In this document: positions 1 to 35,384 of the stretch, piece by piece
Layout of the letters: each line of letters opens with the position of its first letter
Numbering within the stretch: the stretch's first letter is position 1
NCBI GenBank assembly: GCA_002633005.1
Contig: NMRA01000091.1
Coordinates: 417,267 to 481,266 of the forward strand
DNA: 64,000 bases
Source of the DNA: Phoronis australis
Lineage: Eukaryota; Animalia; Phoronida
Reading direction: 5' to 3'
Translations under genes and position numbers: made by a program
The notes under the pieces: generated by a model
Databases searched by the model: none
Told to the model about the DNA's origin: nothing
The model's input: only the letters and a program-made list of their open reading frames with translations

Positions 1-1874
1 AAAGCCAGATTTTCAAAAATTAATCGCTCAGACCATTTGAGTCTCATTTACCTGCAATTATACTGCTATCAAATGACCGAGCCAGCATTGTTGATACTAC
101 GACCGCTCATCGAAATAATGTACACCCACGAAATTCGGACACTAGCGGAAACCCGAATTTGGAGGTCCGCCAAATTCGGACACCACAAAATGATATTTCG
201 CGAGATTCGTCCAAGAATGAATATTTTCTATTGGAATTAATTTTCAGTGTCCGAAAATCACGCGACTTTACCGTATAATGGGGGACTCGTACATTTATTT
301 CCCGCTAGGATCCCTAGTAGAGCGGTTTATTCCGATTGCCATCTGCCCATGTATTTGCTAGGGGCTGGGTTAGTTTGTAACCAGTCTCTGATATACTACC
401 AGTTGGTATTTGACTAGTTTATACTGAAACTTGTTTAGACTTTTTCAAGCTCCTACACACATTTTATAGTAACATAGTCTGTTAAAGACTAATTTATAAT
501 TGAAACAGAGTGGCTCACTTTGTGTGTCCCGGGCAAAATAAAACCTACAGATTTGCCTCTTTCACAGAATTTACTAGTACAATCGTGCGCTAAGAGGTAC
601 TATTGCAATTTTTGTTGTCTTAAGACATATTCATATTTGTAGTATTTCTACGTATGACATGACTGCTCTACAGAAACACACCCTCAACTAAGTGTCATTT
701 ATCAGTAATACTAGATGGGTAAAAAGACAGTGCAAATGATTTTTAACAATTTTAATTCAGTAATTATGTTGTAACGTTTATAATCAAATCTACAAAAGAT
801 TTATGTTATGGGGAAAACCTCTACGAGAGGATCACATTACCTTTCCAAAAGGTGTGCTTTTATTGTGTTGACTCTATATATAACGTTGGGTATTGTAATT
901 TTTCAGTGGCAAAAAATGGAGTTCTTCCTGAATAGCTAAGCACATACTACATACGGGGTACAAAAAAATTGCTTTTTCTAGTTTTCAACAAATGGACATC
1001 CGCAGAGCTGCAATACTTATACCAGTAGCTGCAAACTGTAAATGTTTAACTATCACAAAAAATGTGCTACTGTCACAAAACGCACTCAAATTTTACAAAT
1101 GTGCATCACAGTTACATCATGACTCAAAAACAATTTCACACAACTCAAAAGAACGTCAATAAATATTGAAAAACGCTCGAACTAGCAACCCGCAGCTCGC
1201 CAATGCGATCTCAGACGTTGGTTGGTGACCTGGTAAAGATCCAGTCGCCACAAAATCACCGTGCACACATTCAAGCATGTGATCAAAATACTGTTGGAAG
1301 TAAAGAGACAGGAGTAAAATTTGATCGGCAAAAACTGGAAGCACCCGCTCATGACGCATGCGCAGACGTGCTCTGATCGCCTGTTATTCCAGTGGGTGGG
1401 AGCTGATTCTAAGTAGTATTTTCAACTAAAAAGATAAAAAATGGTAAGGGTTTTTCATTTTCAACTGTTGATAACTAAGCATCATTTGGGTAGGTCAGAC
1501 TTTCATACCCCACATCTCGCATTTGGCAACAAATTTTGCCAGATCACATTTGACAAGTATACAATATGCTGAGAGTCAAGCACTGTAACAAAACTAATTT
1601 CTCTGATAACGGAACAGTTTAATATACGCATAATTGACTGACTGTTGACAAACAGAAGTGTTCTGTGTTCTGGACGTCAGAGAAAGAAATTTCTTACACA
1701 GATCACTTCCGGCTATACAACTGCTTGCTACTACTTCCTACATTGACGGATGGGAAGTGGTTTCCGCAAATGCGCTCAGTACAGATGGCTTCATGCACCT
1801 GGCCTCAACTCAACAACACAGGCAAACTGTCATGAATCAAAAAAGAAGCAAGATGACACCTGTGAACTCTATTT

Positions 1875-2368
1875 GCCTTTTCATACTGACTTAACTCTGG
1901 TCTGGGCAGAGCGTCAACGTAAACTGCGAAGTTAACTCAACCGTTCATACTGGCTTCGGTAGTTAATGGACATCGAAGTAAACGGTAGGTGACGTTGTTG
2001 TCATCGAAGTCCCAAGGTAGTGCTGCAGGCTAAAGTTTTTTAAATGTGACAATTTGTGAAAATTTACATTGTGCTAATTGACATAAAACTTATTTTTAAT
2101 TCGACTGGTGATTATTCGAGCAACGTATAATAACTATAAGCGAGTACTCCACTCTTTAATTTTTGACGATAACAGTGGCCCCTGGTGATAACTTTGATGA
2201 CAGTTGACATTCATACCGCACCACAGCGTCGACGCTCTGCTATTAAATCCACCTGCTTAGTGTGAAGTTTAACTGGCGCTGTTAACTTCGATCCAGGACC
2301 GAAGTTAACCGTTCATACTGACCGCAACTCCCCAAAACATCGATGTGTCAAAATTAGTATGAAAGGCC
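1875..2368. mobile_element. Possible Harbinger-like MITE
   Basis: GCCTT(T)TCATACT ... AGTATGAAAGGC ends; internal AACCGTTCATACTG x2 and GTTAACTTCG..CGAAGTTAAC hairpin. Confidence 0.45.
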
Positions 2369-2677
2369 TGCCAGTGATTACATAACAACCACTTAGCACC
2401 AGCTGCACTACTGGCCACACTATCCATGCATAATTTACCATTGCTCATCTGTTCATTTCCTCAATAATTATTGTTAAAATGATCACATTATAATTGTTGT
2501 AACCCTAGTTCCTTGCTTAACTTACTGGTCCTTAGTGCTGTTTCTTATTCACCTCAGTTTAGTGTCTCTGTGTGCCATTATTTCCAACGAGATTTGACAG
2601 CAGCACCACCTACTGCGTAATAAATTTTCCAAATGCCATGTTCACACTGAGTTACAACAGTTACAACCACTCGCTAA

Positions 2678-2812
2678 ACCATCCTCACAGATGGTTATAA
2701 CCACCCTCACAGATGGTTATAACTATACTTACAGATGGTTATAACCACCCTCACAGATGTTTATAACCACCCTCACAGATGGTTATAACCACCCTCACAG
2801 ATGGTTATAACC
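2678..2812. repeat. 22-bp minisatellite x6 (ACCCTCACAGATGGTTATAACC)
   Basis: Direct reading; each unit contains the palindrome GGTTATAACC. Confidence 0.95.
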
Positions 2813-2958
2813 GCTTTTTAAGTGATCAGACCACAAGCTATAACCTTAAATTAAAACCGGGTTTTAAAACTTTCAACTGCTTTGGTGTGAACCGGGTCTA
2901 AGGTCATAAACAGTGAATGCGAATGACATCACATGTTCACTTGTAATACCTGGTGTGA

Positions 2959-3092
2959 GTTCAGTAACGCTAGGACCTATGCTAGGACCCAGCAAAAATC
3001 TATATAGCCAAACTCACATGTTCTCATTCAAAGTACATATCACGTAATCTTGTGAAGTCTTGATTTTTAGCGAGGTCCTAGCGTTACTGAAC
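2959..3092. mobile_element. Small MITE with a perfect 20-bp inverted repeat
   Basis: GTTCAGTAACGCTAGGACCT (2959-2978) and AGGTCCTAGCGTTACTGAAC (3073-3092). Confidence 0.7.
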
Positions 3093-5996
3093 AGGAGGCT
3101 GGCAATATGCAGTTGAGACCCAGTGTTCAATAATCCAAGTCACTAATGCAAGATGAAACCAGCATGAAAATAAGTTTGCTTAATGTCCAGATGACAACTC
3201 TGAGTATTTTAGTTGTTTAGTACCTGTTATCTCATAATTCAACACTTTGGCATGGCTGCCCTATTGCTTCTGGAGGTACCCATGGTAGAGTACAAGGTTC
3301 CTAGATTACATGTGAAACACAAATGATCCCAGCGTGATAACTGTGATCTTGTCAGACTCACAGAACAACCAGTGTGAACACACCACAGGAAATGCACACA
3401 TGTAAAATGAATAGTGCCCTACAAGACTCTAGTCTGATTGAAGACACAACAGCTGACAACAATAGCTGACTATGACAGATGAATAAAACACAGTCATAGA
3501 ACACAATGTGACTGGAGATCACAATATTACATTAAATTTCTGAATAATCATCAGCAAATATTACCAGTAGCTCGATCTGAAGTGCACATAGCTAATAAAA
3601 CATGATTCAGAAAAAATGTCTTTTTGTGTCTCTTTGCACGCCTAATTTTGAAAAAAAAATTATGTGACCATTTTGTTTTCAGAGCATTTAGATAAATCAA
3701 AATGTTTTAACATTACCCTCAAAATCTGTTTTAATGCTAAAATATACCAAAACCAGTCTCACAGGCAATCTCCCACAACTGTTATGGTTGTGGAAGTTAC
3801 TGGCGGATAGTTTGGTAATACAGAAATTGTACTAGAATAGCCAATTTTTGAAATAGCTGCGCCACAGTGAAATTCACTTTCGCATCAGACGGCGATCAGG
3901 TCTTAGGTGGACATGTTTTCAGTGCCACCTACATGTCCCATGCAATATGTTAACGAGAGGTTTCAACCTACGAGAAGTATAAACAGCGTTTTAACACCTT
4001 TCCTGGTATCACAATGCCAAAAGAGTTTCACGGCTGAGAGGTGGGTGTACAGATGGCTTATGGAAAAGGTAAACCTGTTGAAATATCCATGGATGAAGGA
4101 CAAGTTGAATACGTTTCCCACTGCGAAGAGGAATCCGTGGCTGCAAAGACAATGGCTGCAACTGATAAAACCGGAAGAATTTTGATCCCGTATGACGTCA
4201 AAAAGCTCAAATTATTGAATTTAATGTAATCAAACAATGGGAGGGGCATGACAGCAGGATTTAGTCCTCTGTTTTTAAGTTAATGAACCACTATGTAATA
4301 ATTGAATTTCTGTCCACCGAATCGGAGTAGGGACCAAGCAAGCAGAATTCGCTGTCACGATTTCACTACTCTGGTGAACGTCAACATGAAAAGTCCGCTA
4401 TTGAAAAAAATTAGACAGTAAACCCTCACCGAGACCAATACCTGCATGAAATGGAGCGCAGTCAACGATCACAGAGACCGACAATAGTACCTGATATCAT
4501 CACGTGCACAAAGCAACTATTCAAATCAAGCCCTGTTCTGCCATCTGACACCAATGGATAGTTCCAACATGTCAAACAAGCTATTACGGCAGCCAATCAA
4601 GGATAGCTTGTCCTACATTTTAGTCCCATAAACATTCATTACTGGCAACGAAAGCAGAAAGATGGATTTTCCGTCGAAGAGCTTAGGACACTTAGACAGC
4701 AAATCAAGACTTTATGGAGAATGAACAAGAACAGAAGACTGAGCAATAGTCACTTGTAGGCCCCTCTCCTCTCCCATCCCCCCACGCAGTCTAAGAACCA
4801 GTTTTCTCCAATGAATAACGGGCATCAGACTGGCTCTCAAAATAACCCCAACTGATCTTGTCTTGTTCCTTAATTGGTTTAAAATCTCAGAAATCCTATA
4901 CATGTTTTGGCTAAGGAACAATTTGATACCAGTTTCACAACGGAAAGTGACTTGAAAACACAGGCTTAATTAACCGTGTCTATGGGTTTCTGTGATTAGA
5001 AAATTACGGCTCATTAATCATTGTTCTTCCACTCTATCAGCTGACTCGGTGTATGTACTAGCAAGTGGTACATCCTAATCCGTTCTGTATGTCAGAAGAT
5101 TTTTGCAAATTACATACTCCTAACCTTGGCTAAACTATCTAAGTCACGTTATGATGTGTGCAGACAGAAACCTTTGGAAGCAGTTGAGGTCTTCAAATCC
5201 TTCCAGATCGCAAAATCAACATTTTTTGCAAATAATCCTCCATTCCATCAATACAATTGAAGATTAACTCCAGAAACTTGATGTCAAACACAAACGCTAG
5301 AGGCCAGGGAGGAGGCCACCAGCTGTCTCCCACCCAAGTCGACACTATAGAGGACCTGTTTCTTCACCTATACATGCTTTGGGACATCTGGGATGTCGTA
5401 AAGGGGAACCAACCACAATACTTAATAGAAAAATGTCAGCAAAGGAGGGCCAAGGCCCCCTAGGCATATACATGCAGAAAATGTGCATTTTTGAACAGTG
5501 ATCCTCATATTTGACTAGACGCAATATTTTGAAGTTTTGTAAGTCTACAACGATAGAGTGACAGTTGCTTGTCCGACTGCACCAATAAAAATGAAAATTG
5601 TTTTTGGGGAGGAGGAGGAGCTAGCAATGGCGGCGCAGCATCGAAAAAAGTGGGGGGCTAAAGCCCCCTCTGAGCCCCCTGTGATGCATCGCCTATAGAC
5701 CATGTGCAGCGTAGCACAGAAAAAAAATGGTGTGGCTACAGCCTCCCAACCCCCTATGGTGCGCCACCCATGGCTAGGGGAGGGGGGAGCATTGTGGAGG
5801 AGAGGGTCAGGTTGCCCTGGCTATCGACACCACTGAGATGGGACAGTAGATCTTCCTAGAGGTATGACAGTCATTTGTCCCACTTTTCCATGATAAGCCA
5901 GCAGTAAGAAGCTAGTAGTACTGTGTAAAGACTGCTGACATTTTTCTGTGACTATTATGGTACCAGTTTTTGTTTCCAGACAAACACAAATGTTAC

Positions 5997-6108
5997 TGGT
6001 CAGATATAGCAGTACCTGGTTTTGAGAACCAGGCAATCACTGAATAACAGGTCCCTTACTCAGTGGATGTAACTGGTTCTCAAAATCAGGGACCGCTATA
6101 TCAGACCA
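5997..6108. repeat. ~110-bp hairpin/palindromic MITE
   Basis: TGGTCAGATATAGC...TTTTGAGAACCAG pairs with CTGGTTCTCAAAA...GCTATATCAGACCA; short loop. Confidence 0.75.
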
Positions 6109-6916
6109 ATGCCCCATGAGAAACCACACACACACATACACACGACATTGTACTCAACTGCCACTTTTCATAATCATTCGTTTTTCTTCACTTGATATTT
6201 TATAGTTAGATAAGCGACTTTAAACGATATTTCAATCACGAACGGAGAGTTTCGCTAGAGCCAGAGGATTTCATCATATGACTCACCACGAATTGACAGA
6301 TTTTACGCATTAGCCTATGCTACACATGGACTGGTTTACTCCTAAACAAAACAGAAGTTGAAGCAAAAAACTCCACCTAGACGTGAACGGAGGCAAAATA
6401 TAAACATTAAATAAACAAAACTAACCAACAACTTACCAATCGAGAGTGGCGTTACGAACTTTTAACACATACAGAAGAACATAATGACTTCACTCACGTT
6501 TGTGATCGACTCCACAAGCAAACATGAAAGGTCAAAGGCATTGTTGCGGAAGAGCGCTGGCAGCGGCAGTTTTTGAAACTACTAAACATCTCTCTTTTTT
6601 TTCTTGTACGTATTTCTGTTTTATTATTTAAGAAGTGGATGTATTTTTATGCAAATGTTCTACGCTGGTTGATTTTTAAATAATCCAGAATTCAAAACCT
6701 AGACAACACCGAGAATTAGGGATTTGTAGTTCATTAAAACACAACGGATTTCATTGTTTTATAGCACTTGAAAACTAGCCAACTTTGAAAAGTCGCAATC
6801 GCGGCTCAACAGATCAGAAAATTTCCAAGGGGTCACAAATTGTTTCTTGTGCAACCATTTGACCACAGTCCGGCAATGAAGGCTTAAACAGCCATACCAC
6901 TCAAATTTGGTGTCAC

Positions 6917-7325
6917 TGCTGTGAGTGAACTTGGAATTTCGCGTATGTGTGAACTTGGAATACACGAGGAAAACTGAGCACTTCACTTAAATAATAGCAT
7001 TCACGTCGTTAAAAATTGACACTACACTAAATCAAATTATATTTTAATAAAATAATGTAAATTCTAAGCAAATTTTACAACTATTTACGATCTTATTCAC
7101 CAAACAATAATTAATTTAACCATTCACATATTCCAGTTTCGATTTTTTGACACACTGAGTTACGGTAAGGGAGAAAATGGGTGATCATGAGACAAATAAT
7201 TACAAAAAGTCCCTACATTGAACAAAGAAGTTCATCTGATTGCCCAAATGAATGTTCAATTCCAAGTTCACGGATACGCGATCTTGGGATTAAGCAGGAT
7301 TCCAAGTTCACTGTGACGCACAGCA
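6917..7325. mobile_element. MITE with doubled subterminal inverted motifs
   Basis: GTGAACTTGGAAT x2 on the left (6925, 6949) and ATTCCAAGTTCAC x2 on the right (7259, 7299); ends TGCTGTG/CACAGCA. Confidence 0.7.
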
Positions 7326-10300
7326 TCACAACGGGTAAAAAGACATGGCAAATAATAGTTTGTCTGGAATCTTTCACAAAAACAAGCACGTGTTCTTACA
7401 GGCAGAGTGAAAGTACTGAAAACTCACAAAAGTGTTTTCTGTTTGCTAAGAACTGGCGTTGATTATTCCTTAAAAGATTATGTTCGGCGTATACAAATTG
7501 ACACTGGGGTAGAACAACTTGTAGCCCACGGGGGGTGAGGTTATTCATATTAACAAGATGCCTCCAGGCTTGTGCCAAAAATTGCAGGTAGGCGGTACTT
7601 TTTTCAACAAGTTTTGCGGCACCCGCGCGGGGTAGCCTGAGAACAGGCCTTAACTTTCCATTTCGTGAGGTGAGATAGAAAAAGGGTGTGGGAATTAGCA
7701 GACCTGGCACCCGCAATAGGGTGTCCCTCAGCATTTTTTCAGTGGTACACGCCTGTGAGCACCTTGTCAATATGAGTGACCACCTGAGCTTGTAGCCTGG
7801 TCTCAAGATAAAATAACTTGTCAGTTCGTTCCAAGAAAGCTCTGAAATCACCTGCAGTTTGGCCAAGGAACGATTTGAGACCACTTTCTCAACGATAAGT
7901 GGTATAAATCAAATGTTGTTTTTGTGGAATAAGTCAGGTTTATACCCACCTTAAATATCAACGTTTCGATCAAAGCACTGACAAAAATATCATCCAACCA
8001 GTGCCGTCCAGGGCCAGGAGTGGTTATAATGTTAACTAACAAATGCGCGATCAAAAGTCATTTATATCAGTGACAGTCCAAATAATTCGGCAGACGAATT
8101 TAAAATTTCGTTTTCGATTCACCGTTTGAGAGTCTATTTAGACCGATGCGTCTAAATATTATCTTTTCCAAAAAATCATTTTTACAATTTCTTATGTGTT
8201 TCATATAGGCACGCGCGCTTCATATGCTTCACATTTTGCGTTTTCTAAACAACTTTCGGTCATTTTTGTACTTTTCATTTTCAACATTAACAATTGAACG
8301 TTAAAGCTACATTTCGCCCTGTGCATTACCAAGAAGAACGCAGACAATGCATACAAGTATCATTTTCAAATTCGCAATTTTAGGGTTGCCAAACACCCCA
8401 GTGAGTCGCTGACGGTTTCGATGCTCCTGTCACGGCAAGGAATATTATGAGACCGATTTCATGAGAGTAAAAGACTGAATTCGAGTTTTCATTTTCCAGT
8501 CGGCCATATAAACAGGGCGAAATACGTATCTACATCAGCTGATCTGTAAGAGATAAGTCTTCTCAAAATTTGCTACTTGGTTAACGCTCAAGTATTTGTG
8601 TGCTTTTACGTTATGACAATCAAATTTAAATGCTTGCACAGCGAAATCGGGTAGATGGATTTTCATTGGGGTTAAGCAACCCCGGCCAATTAAAGCTTTA
8701 ACGTTTTTTTTTAGTCACTGGTGGTTTCGAAATTCTTTTTTGTACTAACACTAGAAAAAGTATTCCAAGGTAAGGAATTTTATGAGACTGGTTTTCGCTT
8801 CTTAATAAGCTAAAAAAATGAAACCGCCATTCTGGCTAAACGATAGTAAGTGTTCGCGTTCGTTTATCATCCAAGTGCGTAATTACAGCCTTCGTTATGC
8901 AAATGAGCGAATACTTCTAGATGTCATTAACCATATCCTTGCATGAATGGCATGGCATGCGTGTTGCCAACGAAGAATATTCTTTCATCGACACAGCATC
9001 ATATTAATGAGCACCCACGCTCTTAGCCGGGGCTAAAATAATATAGCACTACGTACAAATTAAAACAAATTATCGTAACTTGTGGACGAATTAAGAGAGG
9101 CCACTAAACTCGTCATGGACGATTTCGAGTCAAATGCGATGTTCAGAGACGGAATATGTGACTTCATATCCTCGTCCAGTTCTTTCTCTAAACAAATGTA
9201 GCGACATTCCTTGCATGTTTTCAGTGTGGAGAAACGTGCGAAATCATTTTCTGGTGACCATATTCTCTATTTAACTGAGGAGACATAATTTTTATGCTTT
9301 TCATTACTCAGAAACAGTCGACAAGAATTCTAGTATGATTTCGAGTCGTTTTCATGAAAATTCAGGCACCCAGCTGCATATGCGTGCACATTTAAATTTG
9401 ATCGTCAGTACAGTGTACGTTTGAGACACCCTGTAGAGGAAGGATACCACAACTGAAAGAAATTGCCTACTTCATTGTAATTTTGTCGTTGTGAATATTT
9501 TAACCTTCGCAGGATACTTAACTATCACAATCAATCTTGAATGTCTATTTGTGTCAACAATAGTAGCTGAAATGACGAAACTAGAAAATCATACTTTGGG
9601 TGAGCTATGTGACGGCTGCAGTGGATTCGAGACATATTCAGGTCATCGCGGCAACTAGGCCCTCTCTATACGCGTTACATACTGGAAGATGGACTTTTTT
9701 GTCCATTTTGTTACAAAATTGTTCACTACTCTAGAAGAGGCGAGCGGAGTGATCAATATGCCCAGAATTGTGCGAGGACATTTCCAAATGTTGTTTTATA
9801 ACCCTTAGTAATTGGCCCGTTGGAGCAGAATACCGGCTGTTATTTAAAAACTTCCAAAATAAAATCAAAGCGAAAAAATACCATTGTCGTCTCTAGTGTT
9901 TACAACCATGTTTATGATGGGCTTTTTTACGTCAGACAACAATAACATCAGCCGAAGCTGGATGGTTTCTTTGAAGATAGCGCGGATTTCAAGGATAGTC
10001 AACCGCTTCAGTTGCCCAAACTCGACTGGTGAATGTGTAAGTGTAGAATTCTTTTCATGAAGACCAGACAGTACTTACCAATTTTACATGTTTGCAAACA
10101 TCGTCCCAGAAGGGAGAGCCCCGTTAACATGAACTTTGGCAAAGGCTTAACAGATGAATTAAAGTGGAAGAGGGAGATAGGCAGGAGTTTGACCAAAAGG
10201 AAAAACGGCAGCATACGCTTTGGAGACTTTTGCAAACATCTGCTGTAGGTACAGTGACCAGACCTCCGTGGAGAAATAACACAAAGGAGTGTCAAGAAAG

Positions 10301-10959
10301 TAAAGATAGATCAATTAAGAATACTATGTGTATTACAAACTCCTTATCTACACAGGGAAAGCTTATGGGAGCTTGGTTCAAACATACAATAAATAACACA
10401 AAAGATATATTACATAGTGTGATATAAAAAGAACTGTTATTTGACAACTGTTTAATCAGCACAGCATATGGCATGTCAAATGATCTCTGATTTCTTACCA
10501 CAAGAATAGACGAAACTATTCCCTAAGAAACAAAAAACAACAACACAAATAGCAATAGCCCTTCTAACCTTTCTAGAAATTTGTTAGGCAACTACAGAGC
10601 AGAAACTTAAAACAGGTAGCAAGGGATGGCTTACAGAACAACTGGAAAATAAAAATACAATCAAAATGAGCCAGAACTAATCAACAACATTCAACATTAA
10701 AAATACATTAAAACAGATGAAATGATAACAGCCTAAAAGTACTAAACAAGTATTTACACTGAGAACTACCACACAAAATGAAAAGTCTCACAATGCGTCA
10801 CCTATGGCTGTACAAAACAAAAACAGCCGTAAAGCTAAGTGGCGCAACAAGATAAAAACTGTTGTGTAAGTCCAAGTAAGTGATGGCCCCATAATTTGTC
10901 CATCAATGCAATCTATAAAATCAGAAACTCTAACCAGCTGTATTAAAAAACGGAACAAA

Positions 10960-11985
10960 ACCAATGCCAAGCACTGAAATGTGCCTATGACTGAACCACA
11001 AATGGTATACCTCTATGGGCGTTTCTCAGTATCCATATCATCACCCAAATTTCATGAAAACATGTCAAGTAACTCCAAAGATGCAGACTGAGGCAAACAT
11101 AAAAAATCTGAATGGCCGCTTCGAGGCACAGCAATAGTCGGATACATTTAAAATGATCATCATCTGCTGCTAAGTTCTCAAGAATACACTTGCCAGGGGT
11201 GTCAGGAGATGCAACCTAAGATGCAAAAATGCAACTAGGAGGTGCCACAGTAATCAAGAATGCCTGAAAATCAATGAAAATTGTGCTCTTGTAAGTAGGA
11301 ACACATATGCCAATTTTTATAATGATCCCTTAAGTGGTATGTTGGATACAAAGGCGAATGAATAAAAACAGAAAATGGGCACTAGGTGGAGCAGAATATG
11401 TCAAATCCATCGAAAAAAAGGAAAGTTGATGTTGCCTCAACGATAAAACGTATTTGTCAAATTATATGAACAGCTATCAAGATACTCTGAAGGTACAGAG
11501 GCAAATGCCATCGCCAATATAGGGCACAAAGGTAGTCAGGTATGGCAAAAATTCGTGGTCAGCCATTGTCACATTCATAGGAAACTCTTAACCAACTTTC
11601 ACAAAAGCCCATGAACACAAGAAACAAAATAAAAACGGCCACTAGGTGGGGACATAATACATTGAATCCACTCAAAAATGGAAAGGCATTGTCAGCTCCA
11701 ACCTATTTGCTCCAAAACTTCATGAAAATTCATCAAAGAACTCTGAAGATGCAGACGCAAACATAAATTAAATAAAATTATCACAAGAAAGCACGGAAAT
11801 AGCCAGATCAGTGTGAAACTTGACATTATCTGCATACGTACTCACAGGAAGGCATTTGTCAAATCTCATTAAGTTCCTGTCAGGGCTTTAGGAGATACAG
11901 TGGTGGACGTCGTATGCGGTGGACGTCGTATGCCCAGATAAAGATGACGACATTACCCACCCGCATATACTATGTGGGCGCATAA
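10960..11985 (-). mobile_element. HINE family copy, diverged, downstream of the ZMYND11 stop codon
   Basis: Reverse complement begins TTTTTATGCGCCCACATAGTATATGCGG; repeated CCACTAGGTGG and AAATTTCATGAAAA units. The left boundary is approximate. Confidence 0.7.
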
Positions 11986-13249
11986 AAAGCATAATCACAG
12001 GTAAGTGGAGACAGTATCAGTGAATAATACCTTAGTCGGTGACAAATTAATTATACAGTGCGCAGAATTGTTTGCTAAAATATTCAAACTGAGATGAACA
12101 GCAAGTTTTAGTGGTCTGCTGGCACAAACAAAACCAGATGACTTACAACACACAATATCTAGCCATTTTCCGGTTACTAGTAACTATAAATATATTGCTA
12201 TGGTAACACCAACATTGCTGACTATCACACAAAATAAAACTAAGGGTCCTATCACACCAAACTCATTCTCAGAATGTCCAAGCTTGTCTTGACATCTCGA
12301 TGAAAAGGGATGGGGCCTGGGTGAAAACAAGCCAACTTAGGTAAAAGCATGCTTTGTATGCGACGATGTTCACAGGCTTTTTACTGATTCTACAATGCTA
12401 ATTTAGGTATCTGCCTCATCACTAAAATTCGTCTATTCACCATTCACCAACAAGCTCCTTTGAAAGGGATAAATAAAACAAATACAGCAAAGCTCGCATC
12501 AGTTGGATATCCACTTAACTCTAAGTTCAGTGGTACAAGTTTGTGCACTCAGGCCTTCATTCCAGTTGAATTTCGTCAAACTCAGATGGTGCTTCTTGGT
12601 CTCATTAAATCTGACTTATGTGAGTTTTACCGTAGAAGTGAACACGGAACCAACTTTGTATGTAACTTTTCAAAATATCTTTGTTTTGTGATCATTGCAA
12701 TTGCTACACACCTGCGCACAGTAAACATTACATCAGCTTCAATACAGGCAGCACAACAATATTTACAATTTTAATGTAGAAAATATCCAAATCTATTTAC
12801 ATGTTATAATATAATCATTCACAATTAACTGAAATCAAATTTACAATAACGAAACTCAAATGTAAAAGGCACAAAAATGAGCCAGCCTACTGTATTACAA
12901 AAATAACTAGTTTTGAAAATCAAGACTGCTTCCATACAACAGAGTGATTTCATAGATCTCTACAATGCATTTGACACCATGGGTCTTTTGCACCATGCTG
13001 AGCATTTATATAAGAATTATCGAAACATCAATAGTTATGAAGAACTTCAGTGTCTGTGTTTCTTATGCACTTTGAACTACCTATATAGTCTAGAAATATC
13101 AGACTAAGTTCACTTGCTGAAAAACTCAAGTCGAAGAAACTGAAATGTACAATAATAATTTGCACATGTACCTTGTAAAACTAACTCCAAAACATTGAAA
13201 TTCCACCTGCAAATACTACTGCACTGTTCAACCATGCCATCTTGACAAC

Positions 13250-34374
<21,125 letters not shown>

Positions 34375-34605
34375 TTTACCTAAAACATACTCAAAGTATT
34401 CCATATGACAAAATTCCACTACAGGACAACAAAATGGGTAGTCTCATTTTCATCATTGGTGACTAAAATACCAACAGAAATGAAAACGGGTCATCAAAGC
34501 AGAAGCAATTGACAAAAAATAAATTAAATTCAATTTTAAAAACTTTGCATCGACTTCACTGAAATGTATGTGCAATATTATTAATTTCTTATGAAACTAT
34601 ATAAT

Positions 34606-35242
34606 GAAAAAATAAATCGTATACTGTTTTTACAGATTTGACTTGGTTACATTACGGCCTCATCCTAAGGACTTCAGCAGGGCACTGAGGTGTCATGTGA
34701 CTCGTCATGTGATGGACACCAAAATCTGCACGGGATACTTCTGACCGCTCTATCCCGTGTTCTTGGTAACAGAAATTCAGATCACCATGTCTATTTAAAT
34801 TTAAATTTTCCACTCCTCGTCTGAACCAGTTTTCTTCCCTACACAGAATTGTAACATCCTCCATGGAAAAAATAGTCCGTACCAGCAATGTGAGTGAACA
34901 CTGCCGAATCATAACAATCTCCCTAACTGGGTATTAGATGTTGACTGACCAGACTTTTCTAGCTAGGGAAGAAAGGAAGAAAACTGGATCAAATGAGGGG
35001 TTAAGGAGGCAAAAAATGAATGACTGGAAAATCCAAGTTTAAACAGACAAGGCGGTCCGCGATTTCAGTTACGAAGAACATAGGATAGAGCACTCAGGAG
35101 TATCCCACATAGACTGTGCTGTCGATCACATGATGAGTCACATGATATGTCACATGACAACTCAGTGGCCTGCCAAAGTCCTGGGGATGAGTATGCACCG
35201 TAGCCAACTCAAATGAGTAAGACCAGGATTTGATTTACTTTC
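34606..35242. mobile_element. Foldback element with ~210-bp imperfect inverted arms
   Basis: 34606-34815 is the reverse complement of 35022-35242 (e.g. GGGATACTTCTGACCGCTCTATCC vs GGATAGAGCACTCAGGAGTATCCC). Confidence 0.8.
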
Positions 35243-35384
35243 TGCATACAATTCCCACATAGCATCAACTTCTACTGACACTAGTATTTGATGCTAGTCC
35301 TCAAATAGCCAATACATAGGTCATCAAAATTTTTTCCCACATTCTGTTAAATGGACATACGTAAATCAAAAAAAATTCCCAGTA

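Noticed and set aside
841-873. Possible 33-nt minus-strand exon (SQHNKSTPFGK) with an AAG|GTAATG donor
   Set aside because: The acceptor lacks a pyrimidine tract and I recognise no homology.
2678-2812. Repeat array with a palindromic core as a CRISPR-like array
   Set aside because: Units are contiguous with no unique spacers, there are no cas genes and the context is eukaryotic. It is an ordinary minisatellite.
7396-7884. 162-aa ORF, the longest outside recognised repeats and the gap
   Set aside because: Non-ATG start, no recognisable motif and no splice-compatible partners.
9421-9435. Tc1/mariner-type terminus TTGAGACACCCTGTA
   Set aside because: No matching left TIR or transposase frame was found, so no element can be delimited.
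12770-12775. ATTAAA as the ZMYND11 polyadenylation signal
   Set aside because: Plausible but common in AT-rich DNA; the 3' UTR end cannot be fixed without transcript data.
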